Of a stretch of 64,000 bases of DNA, positions 41,526-53,571 are shown in pieces. Source of the stretch: Octopus sinensis (Eukaryota); contig NC_043004.1 of assembly GCF_006345805.1 (NCBI RefSeq), forward strand, positions 10,416,001 through 10,480,000, written 5' to 3'. Below the pieces are notes generated by a model. That model made no database searches. It saw only the letters and a list, made by a program, of their open reading frames with translations, and was not told the origin of the DNA. The translations under genes and the position numbers were made by a program. Position 1 is the stretch's first letter, and the number at the start of each line of letters is the position of its first letter.

Positions 41526-43350
41526 TTTTTCTGAAAATTTTCATCAAAATTGTGACAATTTTTTGCCGGCAATCTCCAACATTTTCCGGCAATCTTCGGC
41601 AATCTCCAGCAATCTCCGGCTATCTTCGCCAAACTCCGGCAATCTTCGGCAAACTCCAGCAAACTCCGCCAATCTCCGGCAAACTCCGGCAATTATCAAA
41701 ATTTTGGAAAAGTTTTTTGAAACTTTTCATCAATACCTTTGAAAATTTTTCTGAAAATTTTCATCAAAATTTTTTTAATTTTCATCAAAATTTTTTGAAA
41801 ACTTTTTGTAAATTTTCCTCAAAACTTTTGAAAATTTGAGATAGCCAGAGATTTTCAAAAATTTTGATGAAAATTTTCAAAAAATCTTTCCAAAATTTTA
41901 ATGAAAATATTAAAAAAACTTTTCAAAAATTTTGATGAAAATTTTCAAAAATCTTTTTGAAAAATTTTGATGAAAATTTTCAGAATAATTTTCAAAAATT
42001 TTGATGAAAATTAAAAAAAAACTTTTCAATGGTTTGATGATAATTTTCAAAAAACTTTCCAAAATTTTTATGAAAAGTTTTTCATGAAAATTTTCAAAAA
42101 ACTTTTCCAAAATTTTGATGATAATTGCCGGAGATTGGCGGAGTTTGCTGGAGTTTGCCGGAGATGCCGGAGTTTTCCGGAGTTTTCCGGAGTTTTCCGG
42201 AGTTTACCGGAGTTTGGCGGAGATTGCCGGAGATTGCCGAAGATTGCCGGAAAATGTTGGAGATTGCTGGCAATTCAGAATTCAGAATTTTGATGAAAAT
42301 TTTCAGAAAAATTTTCAAGGAATTTGATGAAAATTATCAAAAAATGTATTCGAAAATTTTGAAGAAAATCTTCCAAAGCTTTAATGAAAATTTTCAGAAA
42401 AATTTCGATGAACATTTTCTGAAAAACATTTCAAAAATTTTAATGAAAATTTTCAGAACTCTTTTCAAAAATTTTTATGAAAATTTAAAAAAACTTTTCA
42501 AAAATTTTTATGAAAATTTTCTGAAGAATTTTAAAAAATTTTGATGATAATTGCTGCAGTTTGCCGGAGATTGGCGGAGTTTGCCAGAGATTGCCGGAGT
42601 TTGCCGTAGATTGCCGGAGTTTGCCGGAGATTGCTGGAGATTGCCGAAGATTGCCAGAAATTGCCGGAGATTGCCAGAAATATCTGGAGATTGGCGGAGT
42701 AGCATTTTGGGAGATTTCCCTATAATGCTGTGTGTTAAAACACCTGTGAGACAGTGAGATAGAGTGAGATAGGCGTAGATAGCGTGAGATAGGAGGAGAT
42801 AGGCAAAGATAGAGTGAGATAGGCGGAGATAGAGTGAGATACATGGAGAGAGGCAGAGATAGAGTGAGATTGTCGGAGATATATTAGATTGGCGGAGTTT
42901 GCCGGAGATTGCCCGAGTTTGCCCGAGTTTGCCCGAGTTTGCTGGAGATTCCCGGAGATTCCCGGAGTTTGCCGATGATTGCCGGAGATTGCGCGAGATT
43001 GCCGGAGATAGCCGAAGTTTGCTGGAGATTGCCGGCAAAAAACTTTTCAAATATTTTTCTGAAAATTTTTTTAAAACTTTCCAAAATTTTGATGAAAATT
43101 TTCAAAAAAATCATTCAAAAATTTTGATGAAAATTTTCAAAGATTTTGATGAAAATTTTCAAAAATCTTTTCTAAAATTTTGATGAAAACTTTCAGAAAA
43201 TGTTTCAAAAATTTTGATGAAAATTTTCAAAAAGCTTTCCAAAATTTTGATGAAAATTTTCAGAAAAATTTTCAAAATTTTTGATGAACATTTTCTGAAA
43301 AACATTTCAAAAATTTTGAGAAATAGTTTCAAAATTGTTGATGAAAATCT
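41526..43350. repeat. Modular fold-back satellite: AT blocks (AAAATTTTGATGAAAATTTTC-type) alternating with 10-bp TTGCCGGAG(A/T) blocks and one 10-bp AGTGAGATAG block
   Basis: Direct reading; orientation flips at about 41820-41835. Confidence 0.95.
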
Positions 43351-43360
43351 CAATTTATAT

Positions 43361-43562
43361 GATTATGGTCACTAATAAACTGAATCCAGGTAAAAAAAAA
43401 GGCACAGGAAAAAAGTCATGGTAATAAAGTCATAGGAAAGAAAGGCACAGGGGTTTTGTTCCAGGGGATGTTTGTCCAGATCCCATAAATTAATTGTGGC
43501 TGTTTTTCCTCGCCAAAATCGTGACTTTATTACTGTAACTTTATTACCGGTCACCAATAATC
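43361..43562. mobile_element. Mutator/foldback-style MITE with GGTAATAAAGTCA sub-repeats
   Basis: Ends GATTAT-GGTCAC / GGTCACCAATAATC are inverted; sub-repeats are inverted between arms; GGGGTTTTGTTCC-type interior. No TSD found. Confidence 0.5.
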
Positions 43563-43639
43563 TTTCGTAAAGGCTTTAATCGATATGTACAAGAAAGACC
43601 AAATAACAGTACGTTATACAAATGAACAATAAATACAAT

Positions 43640-44500
43640 CAGCTTAATGAATGCACTTTTCTAATCTTTCCATTTCTAAAATTACCATCAAAGTAATTTC
43701 TCTGGGGCCTTAAAGAGCTTTCGTTATTTTTGAGGTCACTAGAAAATTTTTCTGTTGATGTTACTATAGTTGGAATTGTCAACAATATTTGTACATACAT
43801 TAATATCAGTCAATAATTTTAACAATTCCAAACTCTTTTCTTGCTTTTTCCCAAATCTGCTCGGTGAACTGAGGGCAAACGTTACACGAACAAAAAATAT
43901 TATATTTGAAAAAAAAATTGTATTATTTCTAACATTACTTGTTCCATCTGGTATGAGTACAATGTAATTATTATTTACATATGATCTGTTCATTGCTAAA
44001 AGAATTTTAATTACAATATAAAGATTTTTCGGATATTGTAGATACAACGGCATTTATCATTAAAATGAAGGATGGATATTTGTACTCAATGATACTTGTA
44101 GGAAACTCACCTCACACGAGAGAATTCGTTTGTGAAGAATATATCTGTTGATCCGCCATTTAATAACGAGTGTTTTGATGTTTTCAAGTTATCAAATAAC
44201 TCCACAAGCAAAGTCAAGGCTTTGATTAGATTCATGCATTCTGTACGCAACTTAGCCATTCCAAGTAGATTTCCTTTGTTGTAATTTCATGTTAGATAGA
44301 TTTTATGATCTTTCAACCGAGTACTGCACTAACATATTGTTTGTACACTATATCTATCTACAAAGGGTTCAATTCTCTATTGTGATTACTTGCCTTCGTT
44401 AATATATTTTAAATTTCTTTTGAATTACGCAACAGTTAGCATTCCTTCTATATTTTACAGATTCCTCAAGGTCATTTAGAGCAGATTCACATATATTATC
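43640..44500 (-). pseudogene. Degenerate hAT transposase, C-terminal dimerisation region
   Basis: Minus-strand QILLTIPTIVTSTEKFSSDLK...SLR resembles the hAT motif ILLTIPxTxASAERSFSxLKxIKxxLR; upstream extent uncertain. Confidence 0.45.
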
Positions 44501-45109
44501 TACGACAAAATTACTGAACTGGCTTTGCTCGTTTAGAAGTAGCTATGCTACTATTAGTTGGAAAATATTTTTACCTAATCATTTTTTTTTTTATTAAACA
44601 TCAATAAGTACGGTTTTAAAAAGTAATCAAACAAATATAAGATATACTTCACATTCAATAAAAACGCAATTGCCACTTTTTTCAACTTAATTAAAGAAGA
44701 CAGCATCAATACAGGTTAAAGAAGATGAGAAAATCAATTTTTATTTAATAAAAATTTCATATTCGTCAGAAGTACATATATTTTTATTAAGAATATTTAG
44801 TAGAAAAACAATTTTTTAGTAACATATATATTAATTCCTCGATATTAATAACCAAAAAGATATCTTTTGGTAAAGAAAAACAAAATCTACTCCCCCACCA
44901 AAAAAGAAAACAAGCAAAAAATGAATAAAAGAAAAACGAAACATTATCAAGCATATATATATTTTGCATATTTTCATAAAATCCAATTTTGTTTAACCTA
45001 ATGTTAACTTAGTAAAGGTTATATAAGATTATTTATGAAAACATACAAAATATTTACATTCCAATTACCATTCAGTATTTTAATAGCTGTATCAATAATT
45101 GATTCTAAT

Positions 45110-45270
45110 TTAGACGAAAGTAGCGAGCTTAGCGGAATTTCTTCACTACATCCGAAGATCAAATTCCGCCGGGGCAACTTTATTATTCATCTCTCCGGGG
45201 TCGAAGAAAATACAATATCAGTCAAGTACTCGTCCCTCTAATTGTTGGTACAAGACCAACAATTTTTGAA
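45110..45270 (+). mobile_element. SINE family B, degenerate
   Basis: TCAAATTCCGCCGGGGCAACTTT and TCCGGGGTCGA motifs. Confidence 0.6.
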
Positions 45271-45931
45271 ACGGTGGACGTAAAGAATTCGCACACCACC
45301 CGTTTTCGGCGTAGCCCTAACCCTAAACACCGGGTGTGCATATTCTTTACCTTCTCCTTCAAAACAATTTAGAAAAAAGGCCAGCAATTTTGAAAAGAAA
45401 GAACTAGTTGATACTTTAATTTATTGGTCCCGGCTGGACAAAGACCAGTGACCCTTCTAATCTATCACTCTTAAGAAGGGAGATGATAATAATGCTCATA
45501 ATATGCCCAACGTGCAATCCCAGACCCCTAAATACCTCTAAATGTATTTAAGAAGTATCATCTTTTATATATGATGTTTATTTATTGGTGTTCAGTGAAT
45601 TCTGAGCTTTAATTAGCACACTCCACACACACACACACAAACGAAACTTTCAAGCTGTTATCATATTAGTACACAATATTGTTAAACTAAGATCAAAACG
45701 TGAGTGACTGCTGACTGGTAATAAGATCACATTGTTTCATCAACTATGTACCTGTGATCGATATGTATCAACGAGCAATCTTGCAGGTCATAACCGAATA
45801 TTTTTGTTCACGAAATCACTGCACAGCCACTGTTATGATTGAACACAAAATATATTACTTTTGAATATGAAAACAAAAAAAAACAAAATGAGAATTAAAT
45901 GCACTACTATCATTATCATTCTTATTATTAG

Positions 45932-46080
45932 GAAGGCGGCGAAGGAGGCGAGATGACGAAGTCTTTACCGTTATGGAAAAATGCTTAGCGGCATTTGTAC
46001 CGATTTTACATTCTGAGTTCAAATGTCACTGGTTTCGACTTAGCCTTTCTTCATTTCGAGGTTGATAATATAAGCACCGT
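45932..46080 (+). mobile_element. SINE family B, degenerate 5' part
   Basis: AAGGCGGCGA head, AAAATGCTTAGCGGCATT, GAGTTCAAAT. Confidence 0.6.
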
Positions 46081-46285
46081 GGAGGCACATGGCCTAGTAG
46101 TTAGAGCAGCGGACTCGCGGTCGAGGGATTGCGGGTTCGAATCTCAGACCGGGCGATGTGTGTGTTTATGAGCGAAATACCTATGTTCCACGCGACTCCG
46201 GCAGAGGGTAATGGCGAACTTCCGCTGACTCTTTCGCCACAACTTTCTCTCACGCTTTCCTCCTGCATCTTGCAGTCCACCTTCG
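46081..46285 (+). mobile_element. SINE family C, tRNA(Arg)-like head
   Basis: GGAGGCACATGGCCTAGTAGTTAGAGCAGCGGACTCGCGG...GGTTCGAATC; A and B boxes present but no acceptor stem, so not a tRNA gene. Confidence 0.8.
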
Positions 46286-46313
46286 ACGCCATGACTATTA
46301 ATTCAGGTAAATG

Positions 46314-46714
46314 TTTACTCTTTTACTCTTTTAGTTGTTTCAGTCATGTGACTGTGGCCATGCTGGAGCACCGCCTTTAGTCGAGCAAATGAACCCTAGA
46401 ATTTATTCTTTGTAAGCCTAGTACTTATTCTATCACTCTCTTTTGCCTAACCTCTAAGTTACGGGAACGTAAACACACCAGCATCGGTTGTCAAACAATG
46501 ATGGGGGGACAAACACAAACACACAGACACACATATATATACATATACATATATACGACGGGCTTCTTTTAGTTTGCGTCTACAAAATCCACTCAAATTG
46601 GTCGGCCCGAGGCTATAGTAGAAGACACTTGCCCAAGGTGCCATTCAGTGGGACTGGACCCGGAACCATGTGGTTGGTAAGCAAGCTACTTACCACACCA
46701 CCATTCCTGCGCCT
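46314..46714 (-). mobile_element. SINE family A, full length
   Basis: Colinear with the reverse complement of 4531-4938. Confidence 0.9.
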
Positions 46715-47204
46715 TTATTTAAAAATAGCAAAATACGATTTGGGAAACATTCCATTTCAAAAGAAAGGATTTCTTCAAATTAAATTCTTTATTTTGGAAA
46801 ATATTAGACGAATGTAGCTTAACTGATGATTTCAAAGAATTGGAATAATTTGGGGTGGAGTGGGGGTCTGGTAAATTTTTGTTGTGTCTGTGAACTAGGG
46901 CTGCAGAAACATTGTCAGATCAGATTGGAGCCTGGTGCGGCCTCCTGGCTTGCCATTCCCCGTCAAACCGTCCAACCCATGCCAGCATGGAAAACGAACG
47001 TTAAACGGTGATGATAATGAAGAGGACGATGGTGATGATGATGATGATGGGTGCACCAAAACGTTTAAGGGCCTTTCTGGGCCTTAGCCCCTTGACAACG
47101 GTTGACGCAAATATGCGAACACACTTTTGCTTGCCTTCTCGCGGTCGTGATTCAGACAGTACACACCTACAAAATGTGCGTGCTTTGGAGTGAAAATATA
47201 TAAA

Positions 47205-47977
47205 GTTCCAAGGAAGGGGGAGGAATTACTTCTTGGAAAGCTCCGAGGAGGAAGAAGAGGAAGAATTAGTTCCTGGAAAGTTCCGAGGAGAGGAAATAAT
47301 TACATCCTGGAAATTTCCGAGGAAGGAAGGAGGAGGGAAAGAATTACTTCCTGGAAAGTTCAGAAAAGGAGAGGAATTCCTTCCTGGAAAATTCCGAGGA
47401 CTTCCTGGAACAATCCGGGGATTATAGACTTCCTGGAAATTTCCGGGCATTAGCCTTCACGGAAAGCTCCGAGGAAAATTCCAAGGATTTCCAGGAAATT
47501 TTCGAGGACTTCCTGGAAAGTTCCGAGGATGAAATTTCCTGAAAAATCCTGAGGACTTCCTGGAAATTTCCGAGGATGAGATTTCATGGGAAGCTCCGAG
47601 GATTAGTCTTCCTGGAAAGTTCCGAGGATGAGACTTACAGCAAATTTCCGAGGACTTCCTGGAAATCTAGTGGATGAGATTTCCTGGAAATTCTCGAGGA
47701 CTTCGTGGAAAGTTCCGAGGATTAGTATTCTAGGAAAGTCCCGAGGATGAGACTTACTGGAAATTTCCGATGATATCCTGGAAAATTCCGAGGAATTTCT
47801 GGAAAGTTCCGAGGATGAGGTTTCCTAGAAAATTCAGAGGACGGACTTCCTGGAAAGTTCCGAGGTAAAGATTTCCGGGAAAATTCTGCGGGCTCCCTGG
47901 AATGTTCCAAGGATAAGAATTGCTGGAAAGTGCCGAGGATATAAAGTTCCTCAAAAAATCCGAGGACTTCCTGGAAG
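47205..47977. repeat. Degenerate minisatellite of 21-36-bp units, core CTTCCTGGAAA(G/T)TTCCGAGGA
   Basis: Direct reading; about 30 related units. Confidence 0.9.
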
Positions 47978-48154
47978 GGAGGAGTGAGTCAATTGCATCG
48001 ACCCCAGTACACAACTGATACTTATTTCATCGACCCCGAAAAGATGAAAAGCATAGCCGACCACGGTGGAAACTGAACTCACTACGTAAAATCGGACGAA
48101 ATGCCGCTAAGCGTTTCGCCTGGTGTGCTATCGATTTTGCCAGCTCGCCGCTTT
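47978..48154 (-). mobile_element. SINE family B
   Basis: CATCGACCCCAG...ATCGACCCCGAAAAGATGAAA...GCCAGCTCGCCGC. Confidence 0.8.
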
Positions 48155-50083
48155 AACCGTTATGAAATATTAAGATGGACGGAGGTTTTGATATTCTTTT
48201 GGAGGGAGAGACTTATCAGATATCCACAGGTGTCTGATAGGTTCTTCAGAGCCCGTACAAATCTATAGTCTGAACCTACTTCATATAAGTCGTGCGGCTC
48301 AGCGATACAGACAACGAGGCAACTGTAGGGCTATTAAAAGCAGCGGCTGTATATTATATGTCTATACATATTATTGTATTATACCAGTTGCACAGTATTC
48401 AACAATATCGGTAATGAAATACGCCAACTACAAAGAAAAAATTCACATTTCGCTGTCGGATGTGTCTTGACAGAGTGAGCTGATATAATTGCATAAATAT
48501 ATATAACAAGATGGCAAACCAAATGAAATATAAAAAGAAAAAGCCAACAGGAAGACAGTAAACGATATAGTGATGAATGTATCAAGATCGAATCTACTCT
48601 GTCACAATGTAAGCAATAAACATTCTGGTTAGTTATAGATAATCGATGAAATATAAATAAAATATTAATAATTGTATAGAACTGGTATGAAATGAAACTC
48701 CAACTAATATGCTTTCTAACTTCATTAATTTCAAATCATCTTACAGCCATAAATTATGATAGATGGGTTCTCACAGTGGTTATATTTTGGACAACCAAAT
48801 GAAAGTGGATTCCATAAGAACGACTCGTTGTGTTGAGAAATACACTCCTTTTATATAGCAATATATATGGGGGTGGGGGAATGAGTAAACACCTACAGTG
48901 ATAGTTTCAAATGTTTTCGATGACAGCGCCCCCTAGGCTATAAATTATAATTTACCTTCCTAAAGAAAGTGTCATAAAACTTTTATGATATATGCTTGTT
49001 TTCCCCAATTTCCTGAGATCTGAATTAATATTTTACGACTACTAAAGGTTGTTTATACCTGATAATTGCAGGACTCCCTCCTGAACACTGTCGGGGTAAA
49101 CTTAATTGAAAAAAAAAATAGATAAACAAAAAACATAAAAAGGAAACAGACACAAAAATACAACAACAACATCTGGTCTAAACAAACCACCGACAATCTC
49201 AATGTATGAGTTGGTCTGCTTGATATAGAAACTAAACCTCTCTGAGATCACGCTCTATAATCTTAGAATGCTGTAAGAAGATAATGATTATTGATATCAC
49301 TGAAATATTTGCTTGATAAAAATGACCCAGGGTACTATCAACTTCGATCTTCCCTCTGCTCAATATCGAATTATCCATTACTAGAACGAACAATAAGAAA
49401 AGCAACAACAACACTTGGTTAATGAGATGCTTAAGGTATTTTTGCGTGTTATCTTGTTGGAAGTAAAGGAAATGGCCTTCGACTGACGCGGTACTTTATC
49501 AAAAACAAAATAAACTCATTCCATGTGACAGGACGTCAGGTTGAAACTCTTTATGCGACTCGCTACGGGGATGTCTCTACGCAGTCACTCCGTATGGTGG
49601 AAATAGCAGCATATTTTCCTACATATTATACTCTACTTCTTGAGTAAAGAAGGATAGCTTCAACAACATATTTTTTGACGTACGAGAAAACGTGTTGACC
49701 CTGATGATATCAAGACTGAATGGTACTGAACTGATCTGTGACCATATAAGTGCCATTTTGCCATTCGGCCATCTAAGTGATACCATATAAATCTAGTGAA
49801 TAGAACTCTACATTTCATTCACGTAAACTCACAAGGTATCACACACTGACCAATGGACATCCTACCCCATACAAAGTTACACATAGAACGGTCACATAAT
49901 CTAGTTAGAGCAATTCCTGTAGAGTTAGTTGAATGTGTGACAAATCTTTAATCGGGTAGAATACCAGTCTGTTAGAGATAATGTCTGAGAAACCAATGCA
50001 GAAATTGTACTGACGGGGTTCTGAAGTCAAGATAGAATTATGTTTCCAACGTAGGGAGGCAAACAATACATCATGACTAAGAT

Positions 50084-50300
50084 GGGGGTGCGTAGCTTAG
50101 TGGTTAAGGTGTTGGACTTATGATCATAAGTTTGTGATTTCGATTCTTGAACCGGGTGATGCGTTGTGTTCTTGAGCATAACACTTCATTTCTGGTTATG
50201 CAAGTCTATTCAGCTTGTAAAAATGAGTAATCTCACGAGAGACTTGCGTTCCGTTCAGGGACGAAATATATCCTCCAAGAAAACTGGAAAAGCAGCCCTT
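50084..50300 (+). mobile_element. SINE family C/D
   Basis: TAGCTTAGTGGTTAAGG A box, ATTTCGATTC, TTGAGCATAACAC. Confidence 0.7.
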
Positions 50301-51063
50301 TCAGTCTGTATGACTCGAGAAGGCACTTTCTCTTTATTCTTATCGTTACACATGAGTTGGTATTCCGCTCTCTGTGGCGCCTAACTATTTTGGTACCCCA
50401 GCTTTTCTAACTACTCATCTACATGGTCCTCCGTTATCTGCAAACACCCAACCATTTGGCACACCATTAAATGATAAGTGAGTGTGCCAGATGGCCATGT
50501 ACAAACAGTGAAGAGCTAGACAGGTCTGGGGCTACAATGTTGAGTAACAAATAGGTGTGAGGTGAGAGAGAGGGCAGAGCCAAATTTCATTCCAGAAGAA
50601 AACTCATGAAGCAAATTGCCTTTTCGACAAATTTAATTTTACGCTTCTATTATTTCTTCATTCCTTCTTTGCTTTTTATATTTTTCATTTTAGTTTATCC
50701 TATTCAAGACTCATTGAAATTTCTTTCGCAATTACTCCCTTCCTGAATAAAAAGACAAACCATTGTTGCTTTTCTTTCTATTTTTCCTTCACCGGTGTCA
50801 CTTAGAGAGCTTCCATTCTTTCCTCTACTTTTCTCTGTCTCTACCTTTGTTTCCTCCCATGCTCCATTCCTTAATTTTGCTTCCCACTCACTAACGTCAT
50901 TTTTTGAAAACCACTTTTTATTGGTTCTTTAAATATTTTTCTGCTGTATTTCTTTTAGCTATTTCTTTCAATTCGCTTATTCGTCATTTTCCTGCCTTTC
51001 TTTCCTTCGCTCTGTGGTGGAACACACGTTAGTATTATACATACGTACATACTTACATACTAC

Positions 51064-51112
<49 letters not shown>

Positions 51113-51115
51113 TAT

Positions 51116-51149
<34 letters not shown>

Positions 51150-51200
51150 ATATACATACATATATACATACATACATACAGAGGTATACACACACACACA

Positions 51201-51235
<35 letters not shown>

Positions 51236-51291
51236 CGTATATGTATGTATATTTGTGTGTATATATATACACAAATATACATACATATACG

Positions 51292-51323
<32 letters not shown>

Positions 51324-51366
51324 GTGTGTGTGTGTTTGTGTGTGTGTGTGTGTATACCTCTGTATG

Positions 51367-51409
<43 letters not shown>

Positions 51410-51911
51410 CAAACGCACACGTTTTCCTTATCCTATTTACCTATACAGTATGTGTGTGTGTGTGATCATATATATATATATACATTTACATACTGGTGAA
51501 TGTGTTTGTTTTGTACGTACGTACGCATGTATGTATGTAATTATCAATCTCCGTACCTACCTATCTAGTTTCGATACAGATTACTTAGATATTTCCATTT
51601 CTCCTTAACCACAGACAGACACTCTCCCCAACACCTTCTCCGCCCACAGTGTTCTTACTAGATTTACTTACACCACACCATACCTTACCTCAATCTTCTG
51701 TCTGACACACTGTCTATTAGCAACAAAAAGTGGCAGCTGCAGTCGGAAGTGGCAGCTGTAAACCGTTCCAATCACCAAAATCTCTATACTGTCTATCTTA
51801 TATTGGAAATAAGGCTTTTTAAAATTGCAACATAGACAACATAGAAACAATTTAACACAGTATTTGATATATTTATTGACAAAAAAGCAATACATACATT
51901 TTATATATATA

Positions 51912-51943
<32 letters not shown>

Positions 51944-52001
51944 TTCGGTTTTGGATTTGGTTTGCAAGATTCTTTATATGAGTTCGTGTGTTGAAGCATA
52001 T

Positions 52002-52138
52002 CTGTTGTGTCTGGGGAGAGTCATTTTCTTTTTGTGCCTTATAATTAAACAGGAAAATAAAAATAAGTGGAGATTTTACAGGTGAGTGTGTTAATTTATA
52101 AAGCACAAAAAGAAAATGACTCTCCCCAGACACAACAG
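52002..52138. mobile_element. 137-bp MITE with 49-bp terminal inverted repeats
   Basis: CTGTTGTGTCTGGGGAGAGTCATTTTCTTTTTGTGC is perfectly inverted at both ends; TA next to the borders. Confidence 0.85.
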
Positions 52139-52169
<31 letters not shown>

Positions 52170-52175
<6 letters not shown>

Positions 52176-52865
52176 GTTATCCCATAAATAATGCGGTTTT
52201 TTCAATTGCATGAACTAAAAGTCGGAGGAAGACGGAATAAACTCCTTGCATCAACTTACTATATAAGCTGGTAGTAATTTTACCTTGTACTTTTTCTCAG
52301 TGAAATTTTGAAGAGAGCAGTTCAATTTTAACAGTTATCTTTTCAAGGATACAATGGAAATGACAAAGGATCATATTCGATATATTTTGCATTAAGATTT
52401 CAATAAGGACAACAACGCAACGAGAAGTGCAAGGAATATCAAAGCTGCATATGGTGATCAGGCAATAAGCGTAAGCCAGAGCGGGAAACTACAGCCTAGA
52501 AAACGAGCATCGTCCAGGAAGATGTGTAGAGCTCGACGAGGTGGTCCTGCAGACCCTGGTGAAACAAAATCCCACCGTAACTGTTGAGGAACTAGCAGAG
52601 AAGATAGGATGTAGTCATTTAATCATTCATCGACACCTGTGTGCCATCGGAAAAGTCAGGAAATTGGGTCAATGAGTTTCTCACAAACTTTCCAAGTCTG
52701 AATATGAGCTCTTCTTTGCTATCACGTCTCACAAATGAACCGTTTTTGGACTGTATAGTAACTGGTGACAAGAAATGAGTTCTCTATGAAAATGTCAAGT
52801 GCCAAAGACAGTGGGTTGGGAAAGGAGAAACACCGGCACCCCAGGCTAAAGAAGGTCTTCCGTAC
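52170..52865 (+). mobile_element. mariner transposon, 5' half, decayed
   Basis: TIR TATTGGGTTATCCCATAAATAATGCGGTTTT; ATG 52354 MEMTKDHIRYIL..FNK..NATRSARNI..AYG; PFLDCIVTGDKK*VLYEN (TGDEKW motif). Confidence 0.85.
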
Positions 52866-53524
52866 TTCCCGCATTCTTCTTTCTGCGGGCGCTCGCGTGT
52901 TTAACACTATTACTGACTGTGCATTACACACATATATAATATATAATGTGCATAATCGTATATGTATCTACTGATGCTTATGATTGGTACAACACAGAGC
53001 TCGGGGCCGATTGTGGAGACGGTTTATGGAGTAGTATAAATGGAATGTCATAGGCAAGCAATAATGAGATGGGTGTAGTTAGATTAGCGGCAGTATGACA
53101 TTAGAAACACTGATATTATGGCGTAGTGTCGGGAGGAAAAGAAGTCTATTTAAATATGCAATATGCTATAAAGTTTGGATAAAGTAGGATAAAACCTATG
53201 CGTATATGTATAGACAAAAACACATATTTACATATACAGAAAGCCATAAACATACTTACACATACATATACAGTAAACTTACAAAGACAAATGCACACAT
53301 ATTTGTATATGTTACAGGAAGACAAAAGCGAGGCAGACTACATCAGAAAAAGAGAAAGATTTAGAAATATATAATTTATCTTCTATATTTGTGAGTGCAC
53401 GCTTGTTTGTACCTCTCTGTATGAGTGTATGTGTGTCAGTATGTGTGTGTTTCTTCGAACATATACATTAATACATTTGTTGCTTATGTATAATTATGTT
53501 CAAGTGCTTTTGCATATATATGTA

Positions 53525-53571
<47 letters not shown>

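Noticed and set aside
41526-43350. CRISPR-like or repeat-spacer array
   Set aside because: There are no unique spacers between constant repeats and the context is eukaryotic.
41486-43353. Overlapping ORFs such as MKSFLPAISSKLR... (180 aa)
   Set aside because: They arise in several frames on both strands from 10-bp and 11-bp repeats lacking stop codons.
46081-46155. tRNA gene
   Set aside because: A and B boxes are present but the acceptor stem cannot form and the sequence runs into a SINE body.
48195-48260. Minus-strand CTGAAGA plus hairpin
   Set aside because: No GAAA follows the stem.
48924-48940. CTCF-like motif CAGCGCCCCCTAGGC (similar GCGCCACCT near 29335)
   Set aside because: Two mismatches in the conserved core; expected by chance in 64 kb or as transposon subterminal motifs.
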